A stretch of 59,324 nucleotides of DNA from IMG/VR virus record IMGVR_UViG_3300045120_000032, positions 1-59,324 of that record, one strand, 5' to 3'. Of this stretch, positions 16,699-25,544 are shown in pieces. The notes under the pieces were generated by a model. That model saw only the letters and a list, made by a program, of their open reading frames with translations, was not told the origin of the DNA and ran no database searches. The number at the start of each line of letters is the position of its first letter. Position 1 is the first letter of the stretch. Origin of the DNA: a virus (Duplodnaviria > Caudoviricetes). The position numbers and the translations under genes are program-made.

Positions 16699-17061
16699 GT
16701 GGTGAAATACATGGGACTTACCCCTGAACAGATCAAGGGTCTGATGGCGAAGAAGCGCACCAAGGGCATCTACGACGAGAGGCTGATGGAAGTCTACGAG
16801 TCGGACGAGGCTGGTGTGGACGTCGCTGAGACTTGGCCGGTTGACTTCTCTGAGAAGTCTGCTACCACTCTCTATCAGGGCTTTAGCAACGCTGCTAAGA
16901 GGCTTGAGATGGAGGATGCCGTTGACATCGTGAACCGCGATGGTCACGTGTTCATCCTTATCAAGACTCGCGTGGCACTTGTTCTCGCTGAGACTACCGC
17001 TAACGGTACTGTCGAGGTCGAGGACGAGGCTGAGGCTGCTATCGAGGCCGAACTGGTCTAG
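16699..17061 (+). CDS. Hypothetical protein, paralog of 24008..24412
   Basis: Shared KRTKG(I/L)YD, ES...GV.V, TL.QGF.N and D...DG..V.LI.K; likely start ATG 16711. Confidence 0.8.
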   Translation: MVKYMGLTPEQIKGLMAKKRTKGIYDERLMEVYESDEAGVDVAETWPVDFSEKSATTLYQGFSNAAKRLEMEDAVDIVNRDGHVFILIKTRVALVLAETTANGTVEVEDEAEAAIEAELV

Positions 17062-17067
17062 TACAAC

Positions 17068-17120
17068 GAGCAAGCTAGTCAATCATATGCCTAAGCGCAA
17101 GGTGATTGACTAGCTTGCTC
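17068..17120 (+). terminator. Long hairpin (terminator or processing site)
   Basis: GAGCAAGCTAGTCAATCA/TGATTGACTAGCTTGCTC 18-bp perfect stem with no U-tract. Confidence 0.55.
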
Positions 17121-17170
17121 TCAACCTACTGCACCTTCAACTGAAACACAAAGAAACGGAGGCAACACGA

Positions 17171-17398
17171 ATGGCTGAGCCTACTAAGAAGGCTCCTGAG
17201 ATTGAGAAGTTCTTGGAGGGTATCTCAGGTAGGACTACTGCGATCCATGACAACAAGTGTATCCAGCCGCCGCTTGGCTGTGGTAAGCCTGTAGTCATGG
17301 CAGACTTCAAGAACGAAATCTCACGACGTGAGTATCGTATCTCGGGTCTGTGTCAGAAGTGTCAGGACGAAATCTTCGGAGAGGACGAGGATGCCTAA
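17171..17398 (+). CDS. Small Zn-binding phage protein
   Basis: C...GCG and EYRISGLCQKCQDEIF. Confidence 0.75.
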   Translation: MAEPTKKAPEIEKFLEGISGRTTAIHDNKCIQPPLGCGKPVVMADFKNEISRREYRISGLCQKCQDEIFGEDEDA

Positions 17399-17603
17399 AC
17401 TTCACACGTTCATTGTCGAGGGGAACTATCAGTTTCCTTTCGATATGCTGAGGTACGACCAGTGTTGGCCCCACACTTCACAAGATTCAAAGGGGATTCA
17501 CAGTGGTGATCCTTACATTGCAAGACGGGTCATACTGACAGGAACCAAACTCCCTACTGTCGCAAGGTGGGAGAGTTTTGGATGGAAGGTGGTGAATGAC
17601 TAA
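17391..17603 (+). CDS. Conserved-looking hypothetical phage protein
   Basis: FPFDMLRYDQCWP...TVARWESFGW; SD GGACGAGG. Confidence 0.7.
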   Translation: MPKLHTFIVEGNYQFPFDMLRYDQCWPHTSQDSKGIHSGDPYIARRVILTGTKLPTVARWESFGWKVVND

Positions 17604-18214
17604 TGGCATCCCCCGCGCAAGTCAAGTACATGACTGAACTGGCAGAGAAGCGCGACTTGAATAGTGAGCTAGCTTCTCCTGAACTGCGAGCATGGCTGAA
17701 CACGCCGCTTGCATTGGAGAACGCGACTAACCAGGAAGTCAATCTTATCCTGGCTGCTCTCAAGTTGCTGCCTCTCAAGGTTGGCGAGCCTGCACAGTTG
17801 AAAGCACCAAACCCCGCACAGGTGGAGTTGGCGGAAGCTGAGCAGAAGGTGGATAAGGGACATTACTTCATTGTCGATCCTTTCGATGGTGAGGAAAAGT
17901 TCTTCAAGATCGAGAAGCCTGAGCCGCCGTCACGATGGGCAGGCTACACGTTCATCAAGGTTCAAGCGTCTGACTACTTCTATCCTGTCAAGGATATCCG
18001 GCGCAGAACACTCATCCTCACTGAAATCGCTAAAGACCCAATCAACGCGATGAATGAGTATGGGATTCGTCTTGGTGTCTGTGGATACTGCGGTCGTACT
18101 CTAACTGCGGTTGACTCAAGACTCAGAGGAATGGGGCCGATCTGTGCTGCTCGCATCCTTGGACAGCCTACACCTGAACAGGATGACATCCTGAGAAAGC
18201 TGGGGTTCAAGTAA
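17603..18214 (+). CDS. DUF6011-like Zn-finger protein
   Basis: CGYCGRTLTAVDSRLRGMGPICA. Confidence 0.75.
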   Translation: MASPAQVKYMTELAEKRDLNSELASPELRAWLNTPLALENATNQEVNLILAALKLLPLKVGEPAQLKAPNPAQVELAEAEQKVDKGHYFIVDPFDGEEKFFKIEKPEPPSRWAGYTFIKVQASDYFYPVKDIRRRTLILTEIAKDPINAMNEYGIRLGVCGYCGRTLTAVDSRLRGMGPICAARILGQPTPEQDDILRKLGFK

Positions 18215-18432
18215 TGCCGCAAGTTGACGACACCATCACAGTCTATCCGTTGCAGACTGAGAAGCTTAGCGAGCTTATTCAAGATGGGCCTGCAAAGCTG
18301 AAACAGTGTGCGGCTGGTGCTGTGGTAGTCAAGCTCGACGATGGTTCACAGTACAGAGTGAACACCGATGGCTACACGATCCCGACTGGTTGGCCTTACT
18401 TCAAGGAGAGTGATGGCGTCAGTCACGCATAA
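18214..18432 (+). CDS. Hypothetical protein
   Basis: TAATG coupling. Confidence 0.6.
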   Translation: MPQVDDTITVYPLQTEKLSELIQDGPAKLKQCAAGAVVVKLDDGSQYRVNTDGYTIPTGWPYFKESDGVSHA

Positions 18433-18628
18433 GGAAATCGTAGATCAAATCATCGCTGGCGATGGTTACTACGACAACGAAGATCCGCGTGTTATCAAGG
18501 TCGTGGAGTACACGACAGATTGGGGCGGTACAGCGTGGGGTTTGATCTATGAAGGCGAAGATCCCATGCGTTACCACACCGCACCCGCTTGCCACAATCC
18601 ACGGACGTTGTGGGAAGTCACGAACTAA
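18413..18628 (+). CDS. Hypothetical protein
   Basis: SD AAGGAG before ATG 18413 (MASVTHKEIV). Confidence 0.65.
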   Translation: MASVTHKEIVDQIIAGDGYYDNEDPRVIKVVEYTTDWGGTAWGLIYEGEDPMRYHTAPACHNPRTLWEVTN

Positions 18629-18637
18629 CACCACCCC

Positions 18638-18666
18638 TTGACAAACACCACCCCCTGTGCTAGCCT
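18638..18666 (+). promoter_or_regulatory. SigA-type promoter
   Basis: TTGACA-17-TAGCCT with extended TG; intergenic. Confidence 0.7.
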
Positions 18667-18750
18667 TTAGGCAGGAAGTGAGCCGGTTGACAAAAGGCAA
18701 CGACAAATAACACAAACCCATACGTGGGAGAAACGGGAGGTAAGAAGTAA

Positions 18751-19293
18751 ATGGACAACGAGAAGCTTGAGGATTTCCAGCAGCGTGTGAAGCGTGACAG
18801 GAAGCGTTACAACAAGATCGTAGCGTGGCACCTGCAAGCGTTTAGCACGGCTGGAATCACTCTGCCGTATACGCCGGATACCACGTACATCAGCGTGGAG
18901 CACAAGAATCCGGTGTATGAGGACTACAAGAAGCCTGTCGAGGTCGATCCGACTAACCCGGCAACTGCGAGGGGTTGGGAGTATTGTTGGGATTCGGAGC
19001 TTGACGTGCCTCAGATCATCGAGACTCTCAGCAGCGTTGCCAAGTTCGCACGTAGTCAGGGCTACAAGATTGAGAAGGACTACGACAACAACTTCTCTCT
19101 CAAGGTGACTCTGCCTGGTGTCAAGGATGACGATACCGACAAGGACGTCACGCTTCACTACTACTGTGATCGTGAGGCCGTGTGTGTTGCAAGGCCCACA
19201 GGCCAGTTCAAGATCACGCCTGCTCACACGACTCCTGAGCGTGTCGAGGAGATCGTCGAGTGGGATTGCCAGAAGATCGCGTTTACCGCGTAA
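18751..19293 (+). CDS. Hypothetical protein
   Basis: 180 aa; AAACGGGAGG upstream. Confidence 0.75.
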   Translation: MDNEKLEDFQQRVKRDRKRYNKIVAWHLQAFSTAGITLPYTPDTTYISVEHKNPVYEDYKKPVEVDPTNPATARGWEYCWDSELDVPQIIETLSSVAKFARSQGYKIEKDYDNNFSLKVTLPGVKDDDTDKDVTLHYYCDREAVCVARPTGQFKITPAHTTPERVEEIVEWDCQKIAFTA

Positions 19294-19449
19294 GCTAGTG
19301 GGTCTAGTAATCGGAGTGTTCCTCGCTGCGATCATCGTGATTGGTGTACTTGCTTTGTTCTTCGGAATCGGCTTGTATGGCATTCGCGCAGATCAGCACA
19401 AGGACGACCCACTAGACAAGGAAAGCAACTTCTGGTGGTAGCGTAAAAT

Positions 19450-19548
19450 CGCTGGTGAGTCAAACATGCGGTAATGAGTGGTAGCGATGGGCAGAGCATG
19501 TGTAAGCAGGTCTGATAGTCCAGCCATTCGCCCACTAACTCACTAGCG
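19450..19548 (+). ncRNA. Putative structured ncRNA E (stem-enclosed, possible pseudoknot)
   Basis: CGCTGGTGAGT/ACTCACTAGCG; inner ACATGC/GCATGT whose loop AGTGGTAGCGATGG complements the downstream CCATTCGCCCACT. Confidence 0.5.
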
Positions 19549-19573
19549 GGGGCTTTCAAACGGGAGGTAACAA

Positions 19574-19870
19574 ATGTCAACACCTTTTGACTTCGAGCCT
19601 GCTTACAAAGCAGCGGGTCATGGTGGAGTAGCGTGGCGTGTTACTAGCCACGTGAAAGAGCAGATCGCTCATCCTGTGTACGATGAAGATGGAGAGTATA
19701 CAGGGTGGGACGATTGGGATGAAGAAGAGGACGAGTCGCGTGTCGTAGCTCACATGATTGGTGACGATGTAGACTGGACGTTTGACGTCACTGATCTAAC
19801 GCCGCTCGATGATGAAGAGTTCTGTAGGGACTGTGGACAGATTGGTTGTGGGCACAATGTCTACAGCTAG
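19574..19870 (+). CDS. Acidic hypothetical protein with C-terminal CxxCGQIGC
   Basis: AAACGGGAGG upstream. Confidence 0.7.
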   Translation: MSTPFDFEPAYKAAGHGGVAWRVTSHVKEQIAHPVYDEDGEYTGWDDWDEEEDESRVVAHMIGDDVDWTFDVTDLTPLDDEEFCRDCGQIGCGHNVYS

Positions 19871-20345
19871 TCCACAGAGTAACAGTCCCTACGTGCAAAA
19901 GCTGATTGCCGCTAGGAACGAGGCAATCACGCTTATGACTGAGTACGGGCTGATTGACGAGGGCTGGAGGTTTCAGTTCAGCAATCACAAGACCTTCTTG
20001 GGCATGTGTTATCACGAGCCTAAGAAGCTCATCACGCTCAGTCAGCACTACATCTACAAGTCGCCTGACGATGTGATTACCGATACTGTGCTGCATGAGA
20101 TAGCTCATGCGCTGGTCGGTGCAGATCACGGCCACGATTACACGTGGCGTCGTAAGGCTGTCGAGCTTGGCGCCAATCCTAGCAGCACGTGTAGTAATGG
20201 TGTCTCGACAGCCAAGCCTAACTACGAAATCAGGTGTCCTGAGTGTGGCTGGTCAGTCACCCGCTATCGCATGAAGCGGCGCAACTTTGGTAGCAAGTGT
20301 CCCAAGTGTCACACCAAAGTCGAAATCTACAAACTCACACGCTAA
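19857..20345 (+). CDS. SprT-like zinc metalloprotease
   Basis: LHEIAHA, HGHDYTW and C-terminal CPEC...CPKC zinc ribbon. Confidence 0.85.
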   Translation: MSTASPQSNSPYVQKLIAARNEAITLMTEYGLIDEGWRFQFSNHKTFLGMCYHEPKKLITLSQHYIYKSPDDVITDTVLHEIAHALVGADHGHDYTWRRKAVELGANPSSTCSNGVSTAKPNYEIRCPECGWSVTRYRMKRRNFGSKCPKCHTKVEIYKLTR

Positions 20346-20362
20346 ACGGGAGGTAACAAAGC

Positions 20363-20605
20363 ATGACGCAGGGAATCTACATCAAGTACAACAGGCCCAA
20401 GAGCAAGAAGGAAATCAAAGAGGCCGTGACTGTCGATCCTAGCTCGGTTCAGCTTGAAGCCACTAGTATGTTTGGCAACGAGTATTCCGGGCCGGTTTCC
20501 GATGCTCCGAATGGTACGTATACATTCGTCGGGCCTGATCCTTACACCAAGCGCTCGTTCTACGGCAACATCGTCGTGCGTGATGGAAAGGTAACGGTCA
20601 AGTAA
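20363..20605 (+). CDS. Hypothetical protein
   Basis: AAACGGGAGG upstream; VGPDPYTKRSFYGNI. Confidence 0.7.
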   Translation: MTQGIYIKYNRPKSKKEIKEAVTVDPSSVQLEATSMFGNEYSGPVSDAPNGTYTFVGPDPYTKRSFYGNIVVRDGKVTVK

Positions 20606-20606
20606 C

Positions 20607-20873
20607 ATGCCTAAGCAGACGCTTATCTACCGGGTCACTGTTGACGATGCTGACAATGAGGATTCGCGTCAGTATCTTCTCAAGCTTCGTGAGGTCTTTC
20701 AGATTATCACGGAGGATCTGTCTCGCTGGGGTTACACAGCCGACGAGTCTTACTCAACGTCGGAGATTTTCTACGACAAGTCCCCGGTAACTGTCGAGTC
20801 TTTGCTAACCGAGGATGATCTTGCGGTGATGGAAATGGAGGATGATGAGAACGCTGAATCAACGGAGGCGTAA
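20607..20873 (+). CDS. Hypothetical protein
   Basis: Coupled ORF. Confidence 0.6.
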   Translation: MPKQTLIYRVTVDDADNEDSRQYLLKLREVFQIITEDLSRWGYTADESYSTSEIFYDKSPVTVESLLTEDDLAVMEMEDDENAESTEA

Positions 20874-21072
20874 GGAACGGATTTACTCCAGACTTCTGGA
20901 GTATATCAAGGCTGGCATCATCCTCGATGATCTGATGGTTCAAGGTCAGATGCCTGGTCTGCGGTGGACGTTCACTCCAAAGGGGTTTGGCACACGTAGC
21001 ATGACTACCAATGATGTCGAGTGGTTCATCATTGGTGCCGAGGCCGTAGTCAACTCAAAGTTCAGGAGGTAA
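20842..21072 (+). CDS. Hypothetical protein
   Basis: SD GGAGG. Confidence 0.6.
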   Translation: MMRTLNQRRRKERIYSRLLEYIKAGIILDDLMVQGQMPGLRWTFTPKGFGTRSMTTNDVEWFIIGAEAVVNSKFRR

Positions 21073-21209
21073 ACATCGCATGACGTGGCAATGGGTAACG
21101 TTGCTGCTAGGTATCACGTTCGCTTTCACAGGGTTGATCGTGTTCATGGCAATCATCAGTCGTGACACGTCACAACGTCGTCGAGAAGCTTACAGAAGGG
21201 GGCTAACAC

Positions 21210-21587
21210 GTGTCGAGGACACAAGCGATTTTGATGAGTGATCCATACCACGTGGACATCGCTAGTAAAGAGGCTCGCCTGTTTCTCACGCGCACCAAGG
21301 GTAGCCTGTCCGGTGGCACACGTGTCAGGCTAGTCAGCACCAATAGTGACTACAGCACGATGGTAGTGGCAGCTAGGGTAAGAATGCCGGTTCCCACAGC
21401 GCCCTACTACAAGATCGCAGATCAAGAAGTGTTGGTAACGTTGGATGACCTAGTTATTCGGCGTATGCCGCACCACCCTGATACTCTAAACCCCGCACAG
21501 GGTAAGAGTCGCGCTGAGCGTCGTAAACAACAGCTAGCACAGAGGCGCGTGCTAGAACAACTGAAGGGTAGGCATGAGGGAAGCTGA
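21210..21587 (+). CDS. Hypothetical protein
   Basis: 125 aa in the early operon. Confidence 0.6.
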   Translation: MSRTQAILMSDPYHVDIASKEARLFLTRTKGSLSGGTRVRLVSTNSDYSTMVVAARVRMPVPTAPYYKIADQEVLVTLDDLVIRRMPHHPDTLNPAQGKSRAERRKQQLAQRRVLEQLKGRHEGS

Positions 21588-21885
21588 TTACAACCGCAAG
21601 CTGTTTCACAGAGCACACTACAACATTCTCGCAAAACAGTTCCGCGAGAACATACAGCCCTACGTCAGCGAGGACTTGAAAGACGTGGACTTCGCTGATG
21701 TCAGAATGAACCTGATGGTTGCTGGTGTGACTCTGGTGAACTTCGCTGTTAGTGTCGCTATCAGGCTTCAAGCGGATAACGAGGACTTCGATCCTGTGAG
21801 GTTTCTCGATGCCTGTTCGCCTAACGTGGAGAAGTTTCCATTCGGTCAACTGTGGGAGGTAGTGAGTGACGAAACCGCAGTATGA
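21574..21885 (+). CDS. Hypothetical protein
   Basis: DNEDFDPVRFLDAC motif; overlapping neighbours. Confidence 0.7.
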   Translation: MREADYNRKLFHRAHYNILAKQFRENIQPYVSEDLKDVDFADVRMNLMVAGVTLVNFAVSVAIRLQADNEDFDPVRFLDACSPNVEKFPFGQLWEVVSDETAV

Positions 21886-22255
21886 AGGGTTTGATCTGTT
21901 CTCAGTAGAGAACAAGCCAGAGGCTAAGGAGTTCTACACGACGTACACCATCAAGATTCCGAGTCAGAGTAACTGGCTTGTGATGGATAGGTGTAACGTA
22001 ACACTGGCTATCTACAAAGACGGACTCGTCAACATCGAGAGGTTCAGTTGGTTCAGAATTGTTGGGCCAATGACAGATGCTAACAAGCCTGCCGGTCATA
22101 GAGAGGCAAGTATCGCTGCACAACAAGAGATTTGGGAGTGGCTTGTCGAGTGGGAACTGGTCAGGCTAATCCCTATCGGGCCGGAAGATAGCGAATACTT
22201 CGCTACAAGCAAACTAACGGGAGATGAGGCGCATGACAAGCGATTCGGGTACTAA
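21866..22255 (+). CDS. Hypothetical protein
   Basis: SD GGGAGG. Confidence 0.65.
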   Translation: MTKPQYEGFDLFSVENKPEAKEFYTTYTIKIPSQSNWLVMDRCNVTLAIYKDGLVNIERFSWFRIVGPMTDANKPAGHREASIAAQQEIWEWLVEWELVRLIPIGPEDSEYFATSKLTGDEAHDKRFGY

Positions 22256-22502
22256 GCCACAGCCGTTCAACTGGACTAACCCGCTTGACAGGATCACGTG
22301 GCAGCAGGCTTTCAAGGCACGTGCTCCGAAGATGAAGCTTCGGGATGGTAACACGTACACCATCGAGTACGAGCCTGGTGTGGATCGTGATGGTACGAAG
22401 GTCACGAAGGCATGGGTCAAGAAGGACGGTAGTACCACACCCTGTGGATGGTTCACAGTGGAGAAGGTACTTGCTCCTGGTTGGGTGTCTAGTAATGCCT
22501 GA
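22233..22502 (+). CDS. Hypothetical protein
   Basis: AACGGGAG upstream of ATG 22233. Confidence 0.6.
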   Translation: MTSDSGTKPQPFNWTNPLDRITWQQAFKARAPKMKLRDGNTYTIEYEPGVDRDGTKVTKAWVKKDGSTTPCGWFTVEKVLAPGWVSSNA

Positions 22503-22713
22503 ATCTTTCTGGATGGAGTTGGAGGCAGCGTACAATGCTGTCGCTGTCAATCCGTCTATCACTGTCAGTGTACAACGTGGTGACAAAACGGGAACGGTGA
22601 AGTATAACGCAGAGATGGACGTTATCTTCATCAAGATCGAAACGAGCAAGGATGATACGACAGCTAACGTTGGTGTCGAAATCAATCCTGCCGCAAAGAA
22701 GGAGGTTGACTAA
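22495..22713 (+). CDS. Hypothetical protein
   Basis: MPESFWMEL...; coupled to neighbours. Confidence 0.55.
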   Translation: MPESFWMELEAAYNAVAVNPSITVSVQRGDKTGTVKYNAEMDVIFIKIETSKDDTTANVGVEINPAAKKEVD

Positions 22714-23027
22714 TGGCAAAGCTTGGACTCAGACACACATCTGAGGTGCAGACACGTGACAAGTATACCAAGGTGAACATGGAGCTTGGTATGACGATCG
22801 ACGGTAAGGAGATTCCTAACGCTGCTATCCTTGGTAGCGCACTTGAGGATGCTGTGAAGCTGATTCAGGAGCGCATCACTGAGAGCTATCAGGTGGTACC
22901 GGCGCGTCAGGATGCTCCCCCTGTTGGTGCAGTTGTCACGCCTACCGCACTTCCTGTTGCTGATCCTGTAGCTGCGGCGCAAGCATCAGCTAGCCATACT
23001 GGTCTAGGCTTTCCGCCTAGCAGGTAA
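22713..23027 (+). CDS. Hypothetical protein
   Basis: SD AAGGAGG. Confidence 0.7.
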   Translation: MAKLGLRHTSEVQTRDKYTKVNMELGMTIDGKEIPNAAILGSALEDAVKLIQERITESYQVVPARQDAPPVGAVVTPTALPVADPVAAAQASASHTGLGFPPSR

Positions 23028-23028
23028 C

Positions 23029-23217
23029 ATGCCAACGGTTCCGTTGTATCAACCAGGAAACAGAAAAGTGATGAGAGTTGAACTGAGTGAAGAACAGTGG
23101 TTTGCACTCGCAGAGGAAACTTTCAAAACTGATCTAACACTTGAACAGTTTGTAAACGGAATCATTGGCAATGAAGCCAATAGACTGATCCAAGTGGGTG
23201 AAACAGATGCCGCTTGA
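23029..23217 (+). CDS. Small protein, possible ribbon-helix-helix DNA binder
   Basis: Beta-strand (KVMRVELSEE) followed by two helices. Confidence 0.45.
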   Translation: MPTVPLYQPGNRKVMRVELSEEQWFALAEETFKTDLTLEQFVNGIIGNEANRLIQVGETDAA

Positions 23218-23542
23218 TCCGAGTAAGATCAGAGCACTTCTCGAAAAGAAGAGTGCTCCGCGTACTGGCGGTGGTGGTCGCAAGAAGGCTGTCGATTTCA
23301 CGGATCGTAGTTATAAGGCATGGTTCGCACTAGAACACACTGATCCTTCGGATAAGGAGTTCTGTGCTAACGAGAAGTGTGACGATCCTCATGGTAAGTA
23401 CCGTGAGGTAGAAGGTTACGAGCCTGTACAAGTCGTCGCAGAAGTCACAACCGAGGAACACGGCACAGTCAAGATGTGTCGGTACTGCTTCACAACCAAC
23501 TGGCTAGTCAAGCGTGTGGAACAAGAGAGCCTAGCAATCTAA
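23207..23542 (+). CDS. Hypothetical Zn-binding protein
   Basis: CANEKC...CRYC. Confidence 0.6.
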   Translation: MPLDPSKIRALLEKKSAPRTGGGGRKKAVDFTDRSYKAWFALEHTDPSDKEFCANEKCDDPHGKYREVEGYEPVQVVAEVTTEEHGTVKMCRYCFTTNWLVKRVEQESLAI

Positions 23543-24042
23543 TGGCTACTGCGCTAGAGCGTCATACCCGCACGTTGTACGACAGGCTCGTTTCGTTGGG
23601 AAAATACGACGCTGAGTTTGAGTGTGAAGTCGTAGAAACGAGACTGACGCTACTGCATAGGGAGTTGGGTATACCGGCAACCTACTACGCTAAGATCCGT
23701 GCCATTCTGTTTGATGGCTATGATCCGTGTGTGGTAATGCTAGAGCGTGGTGCGGTTGGTAATCCGTCCGTAGTAGCTCTACGTCACCCGCCCTCTGAGG
23801 AAATATTTACGTCCGAGGGGTTGACATCGGTGCGGGCACGTGGTACAGTGTCCTCAGAAGCACAGAGGATACAGAAGCTTGAGGCGTGGCGGGACAGTCT
23901 TTCACCCGCCGACGAAAATCGCCTCAACGTGGTAGAAGCCTTGCGAAACCACGAATCACGGTTAGTCAAGCTAGAAGAGAGAGTGGCTAACCAAGAAGGA
24001 GAGACAAATGGCAAGACCGCGCAAGACCGCAACAACCACTGA
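23542..24042 (+). CDS. Hypothetical protein
   Basis: TAATG coupling, start MATALERH. Confidence 0.65.
   Translation: MATALERHTRTLYDRLVSLGKYDAEFECEVVETRLTLLHRELGIPATYYAKIRAILFDGYDPCVVMLERGAVGNPSVVALRHPPSEEIFTSEGLTSVRARGTVSSEAQRIQKLEAWRDSLSPADENRLNVVEALRNHESRLVKLEERVANQEGETNGKTAQDRNNH
23821..23849 (+). promoter_or_regulatory. SigA-type promoter (intragenic)
   Basis: TTGACA-17-TACAGT with extended TG. Confidence 0.65.
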
Positions 24043-24412
24043 AACGCCTGTTGAAGTGGAAACCGTGGCAGCTAACACTGTCAACACGAACACAAGGAGA
24101 ATGAAAATGCCGCTTTCCCCCGACGAAGTGCGTGCCATCTATGCGAAGCGCCGCACCAAGGGTCTGTACGATTCGCTGCTCGTCGAGTTCATCGAGTCTG
24201 GTGACAACGGCGTGTCTGTGAAGGAACAGTGGGCTGAGCTTGCTGACAAGAAGGCTCAGACGCTCAAGCAGGGTTTCGAGAACTCGAAGGATCGTAAGGG
24301 TGCTCCTGAGGGTTCGGATCAGATCGACGTCATCGTTGATGGTGAGAACGTGTATCTCATCAACAAGGTCGTCGCTGGTATCGAGGCCGAGCTTGCCGAG
24401 GCTGTTGCGTAA
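24008..24412 (+). CDS. Hypothetical protein, paralog of 16699..17061
   Basis: SD AAGGAG; alternative start ATG 24107 with its own AAGGAG. Confidence 0.8.
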   Translation: MARPRKTATTTETPVEVETVAANTVNTNTRRMKMPLSPDEVRAIYAKRRTKGLYDSLLVEFIESGDNGVSVKEQWAELADKKAQTLKQGFENSKDRKGAPEGSDQIDVIVDGENVYLINKVVAGIEAELAEAVA

Positions 24413-24434
24413 CATCGCACAAGCTTAGGAGAGA

Positions 24435-24534
24435 GACAAGCCTACTCACGTGCAAACGTGGGTAGGCTTGTTGAACTAGCGGAGACAGTTGCCACCCTTC
24501 ACCGGATCGCAACAACATTCGCTAGTTCAACAAG
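24435..24534 (+). ncRNA. Putative structured ncRNA F (leader hairpin plus closing helix)
   Basis: GACAAGCCTACTCACGT-GCAA-ACGTGGGTAGGCTTGTT overlaps CTTGTTGAACTAGCGGA/TTCGCTAGTTCAACAAG. Confidence 0.5.
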
Positions 24535-24549
24535 TCTAGTGCTTGTCTT

Positions 24550-24659
24550 GAGTATCCCGAGGACATCTGATAAGATGTTGATGTGATGGTTGGGAAGGGT
24601 GGTTCAAACCAGTGAAAGCGCGTAAGTAACTGGGGCGAGGTAGGGATACTCTTTTGTTT
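24550..24659 (+). ncRNA. Putative structured ncRNA G
   Basis: GAGTATCCC/GGGATACTC closing helix followed by a U-tract; internal GACATCT/AGATGTT and CCAGT/ACTGG hairpins. Confidence 0.45.
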
Positions 24660-24687
24660 AGTGTTTCAGTAACAAGGAGGGGTTGCA

Positions 24688-24927
24688 ATGACTAGGGAAG
24701 AGTTCATCAGTCGTGAGATTGCAACGTGGGGCGAGGATTACATCTTCGCCCTGTTCGACAAGGGTTATGTGGCTGTCGAGCTTACCGATGGTTCACACTT
24801 CAAGTGGACGTGGCACCTAGCAGGGTTGACAAACGCGCCGAACTATGGTACAGTGAAGTCCGGCAGCGTCGTGGGGTTTACTCCCGTTTACCCAGCGAAC
24901 CGCGCCTCTGGCACGAACGCGGTGTAG
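24688..24927 (+). CDS. Hypothetical protein
   Basis: SD AAGGAGG. Confidence 0.65.
   Translation: MTREEFISREIATWGEDYIFALFDKGYVAVELTDGSHFKWTWHLAGLTNAPNYGTVKSGSVVGFTPVYPANRASGTNAV
24826..24854 (+). promoter_or_regulatory. SigA-type promoter (intragenic)
   Basis: TTGACA-17-TACAGT with extended TG. Confidence 0.65.
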
Positions 24928-24961
24928 TGGGGAAGTGGCTCGTATCTGACTTGCGCCAGAT

Positions 24962-25327
24962 ATGAGTTCTTCCCCACTACCGCACTTTCCCAACGTAACA
25001 TCGAGTGAAGATTGCGTATGCCCTAGTTGCGGCAACTTCACTGACGCAAAGGGATTGAATGAAGTCACAGGTTGGTGTATTGACTGTACTACACTAAGCG
25101 CCGGTAATGCGGCTGCTGATGTTGTCGTACACCATCCGTTTGACATACCTAAGTGTATAGTTTGTGGCGAACCGATAAGAAGGTCACGGCGTTTTGCGAT
25201 CTTCTGTCGTCGCCACTCCCTGTGCCGTCGTTACGCACGCCGGTACGTGTATCTGTACTCGGAACGTAGGATCAGCAAGGCCGAAGCGTTAGCAATAGTG
25301 CTACGCGAACTAACGGGAGAGGAATAG
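24962..25327 (+). CDS. Multi-CxxC Zn-finger protein
   Basis: CPSC, CIDC, CIVC, C....C. Confidence 0.6.
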   Translation: MSSSPLPHFPNVTSSEDCVCPSCGNFTDAKGLNEVTGWCIDCTTLSAGNAAADVVVHHPFDIPKCIVCGEPIRRSRRFAIFCRRHSLCRRYARRYVYLYSERRISKAEALAIVLRELTGEE

Positions 25328-25530
25328 TGGACGACGAACTAACTCCGCAAGACTTTGACGAGCCGAAGGTTCTGACAGAAGAGTTGACTGAGTGTGCGAC
25401 TATCGTTCACAAACTCTTCGACAACGGCATGTCACTAGACGAAGTACACGAGTTTGTCGATACGATCTTCAACGCGAACATGGATGAACTCGCGTGGTTT
25501 GTGAATCACAACGGGAGAATGAATGACTAG
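25327..25530 (+). CDS. Acidic hypothetical protein
   Basis: AACGGGAG upstream. Confidence 0.6.
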   Translation: MDDELTPQDFDEPKVLTEELTECATIVHKLFDNGMSLDEVHEFVDTIFNANMDELAWFVNHNGRMND

Positions 25531-25544
25531 GAAGGGGTCGGATA

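Noticed and set aside
24590-24640. c-di-GMP-I riboswitch (CAAACCAGTGAAAG)
   Set aside because: Only superficial similarity; the GCAAA(G/A)C second stem and receptor are absent.
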